Origin: Octopus sinensis
Lineage: Eukaryota
NCBI RefSeq assembly: GCF_006345805.1
Contig: NW_021828539.1
Coordinates: 1 to 8,128 of the forward strand
Length of the DNA: 8,128 nucleotides
Reading direction: 5' to 3'
Of the stretch, positions 6,838 to 8,128 are shown piece after piece. The first letter of the stretch is position 1, and each line of letters begins with the position of its first letter. A model generated the notes under the pieces. It was not told the origin of the DNA and made no database searches. It saw nothing but the letters and a program-made list of their open reading frames with translations. A program made the position numbers and the translations under genes.

Positions 6838-7191
6838 CGCAGGGTGGATAGACATGTTACGAATGTAAAACTCTGATGACGCAGAAGGATAAGGCTCCAA
6901 AGGTCAAATTTATATGGGAAAAAAAATCTATATAAACATAAGCCACCCACGATGAAGTGCGTAAAACATTTCACATCCTGATGATCAGGATGAGAAAGTA
7001 TGGAAATGAAGAATTAGATGACACAGGGAGGATTATTGTAATGATGGGATAATGAATGGGTGGATGGGCAGGTGGGGATATGCAGATGTGGGGAAAGGTG
7101 GATGGATGTGATGACAACATAAGGTTATTGTGTCTTTAATAAAGGGTGTTTCAAAGAGCGGTTCGCTATAAGCCTATACCTATACAAATAC

Positions 7192-7296
7192 ATACACACA
7201 CACACACATAAAATTATATGCACACACACACTATCACATGCACATACACACACATAATCACATACATACACACTATCACACGCACATACACACATA
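7192..7296. repeat. (CA)n-based compound repeat with a ~40-bp duplication
   Basis: CACACACTATCACA(T/C)GCACATACACAC occurs twice (~7224 and ~7267). Confidence 0.8.
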
Positions 7297-7298
7297 CG

Positions 7299-7471
7299 TT
7301 TATCTTTTACTGGTTTTAGTCATTAGACTGTGGCCATGCTGGGGCACCACCTCAAAGAATCTTTAATTGACTGAATCAAACTGACTGCTTTTTTTCTTTT
7401 TTGTAAGCCTGGTGCGTATTCTATTGGCATCTTTTGCTGAACGACTAAGTTATGGGGTCCATAAACACACA

Positions 7472-7473
<2 letters not shown>
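7299..7473 (-). mobile_element. Diverged 5'-truncated SINE body, same family as 1951-2125
   Basis: The reverse complement GTGTGTTTATGGACCCCATAACTTAGTCGTTCAGCAAAAGATGCCAATAGAATACGCACCAGGCTTACAAA...GGTGCCCCAGCATGGCCACAGTCTAATGACTAAAAC aligns to 1988-2118. Confidence 0.8.

Positions 7474-7508
<35 letters not shown>
7474..7508. repeat. (TA)n microsatellite
   Basis: Direct reading, about 17 copies. Confidence 0.95.
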
Positions 7509-7510
<2 letters not shown>

Positions 7511-7810
7511 ACATCAAAACTCAATGGAAATTATAGTTGTGATCCCTGTGCCGGTGGCACGTAAAATGCACCATCGGAACGTGGCTGATGCCAGTTCCGC
7601 CTTGATTGGCTTCCGTGCCGGTGGCACACAAAAAGCACCGACTACACTCTTGGAGTGGTTGGCATTAGGAAAGGGCATCCAACTGTCAACTCACTGCCAG
7701 ATCAGACCGGAGCCTGGTGCAGCCTTCTGGCATCCCAGACCCCGGTTGAACCGTCCAACACATGCTAGCATGGAAAACGAACGTTAAACGATGATGAAGA
7801 TGATGATGAT
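7507..7810 (+). mobile_element. 5'-truncated (GAT)n-tailed retroposon (octopus-type SINE/LINE 3' end)
   Basis: Two GTGCCGGTGGCAC...AAA(A/T)GCACC units, then TTGGCATTAGGAAAGGGCATCCAACTGT, then CCGTCCAACACATGCTAGCATGGAAA...GTTAAACGATGATGAAGATGATGATGAT (triplet tail). Homologous to 5855-6837. Confidence 0.8.
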
Positions 7811-8128
7811 ATGTATATATAAAGATAAAATCTAAGTAAAGCCAGTGTGGAAAACAAACAAAGTATATAATTTTTTTCCTTAAATATAAAATACATTATT
7901 ATATCAAGGGCTATTACTATAAGTAACACCTCACGGTTTAAAGGGACTCTAAAGTCAAATTACTTCCCTACATATACATATATGTATTGAAGTAGTTTGA
8001 CTTAGAGTCCCATTAAAGCATGAGGCATTACTTATAGCCATAGCCCTTGATTATAATATATATATGTGCGTGCTTATCGGTATATTTCAACTGATGAAGG
8101 CAGAGCTTCTCATAAGAGAAGCCAGAAA

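Noticed and set aside
6829-6875. C/D-box snoRNA (ATGATGA ... CTGA)
   Set aside because: The ATGATGA is the retroposon's triplet tail, the span is too short, and there is no terminal stem.
5747-6974. Overlapping ORFs with repeated H/C/M/W motifs (possible zinc-finger or reverse-transcriptase remnant)
   Set aside because: Both strands are open over a non-coding ~87-bp tandem repeat, with no C2H2 spacing and no RT or endonuclease motifs.
7452-7787. 111-aa ORF
   Set aside because: It runs through (TA)n and a non-coding retroposon 3' end, with no protein-family features.

Overview
Repeat-dominated, AT-rich eukaryotic DNA with no credible protein-coding gene. The SINE families and dense compound microsatellites look like an octopus (coleoid cephalopod) genome; this is recognised from memory, not from a search. 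All listed ORFs fall in microsatellites, tandem repeats, SINE fragments or short unsupported frames. The main structure is a non-autonomous terminal-inverted-repeat (TIR) element at 3889-5814, with ~29-bp TIRs, GG...CC ends and a probable 8-bp target-site duplication (TSD). Its 3' ~145 bp, including the right TIR, is amplified into 10 tandem copies, so it has one left end and ten right ends. It also carries a ~200-bp internal duplication with telomere-like TTAGGG repeats at the junction. Around it lie a full-length tRNA-type SINE with a TSD, several 5'-truncated SINE bodies in both orientations, two copies of a (GAT)n-tailed retroposon (one with an expanded ~87-bp internal array), a higher-order microsatellite repeat, and one unique GC/CpG-rich island (~1085-1445) that could be an exon or promoter.
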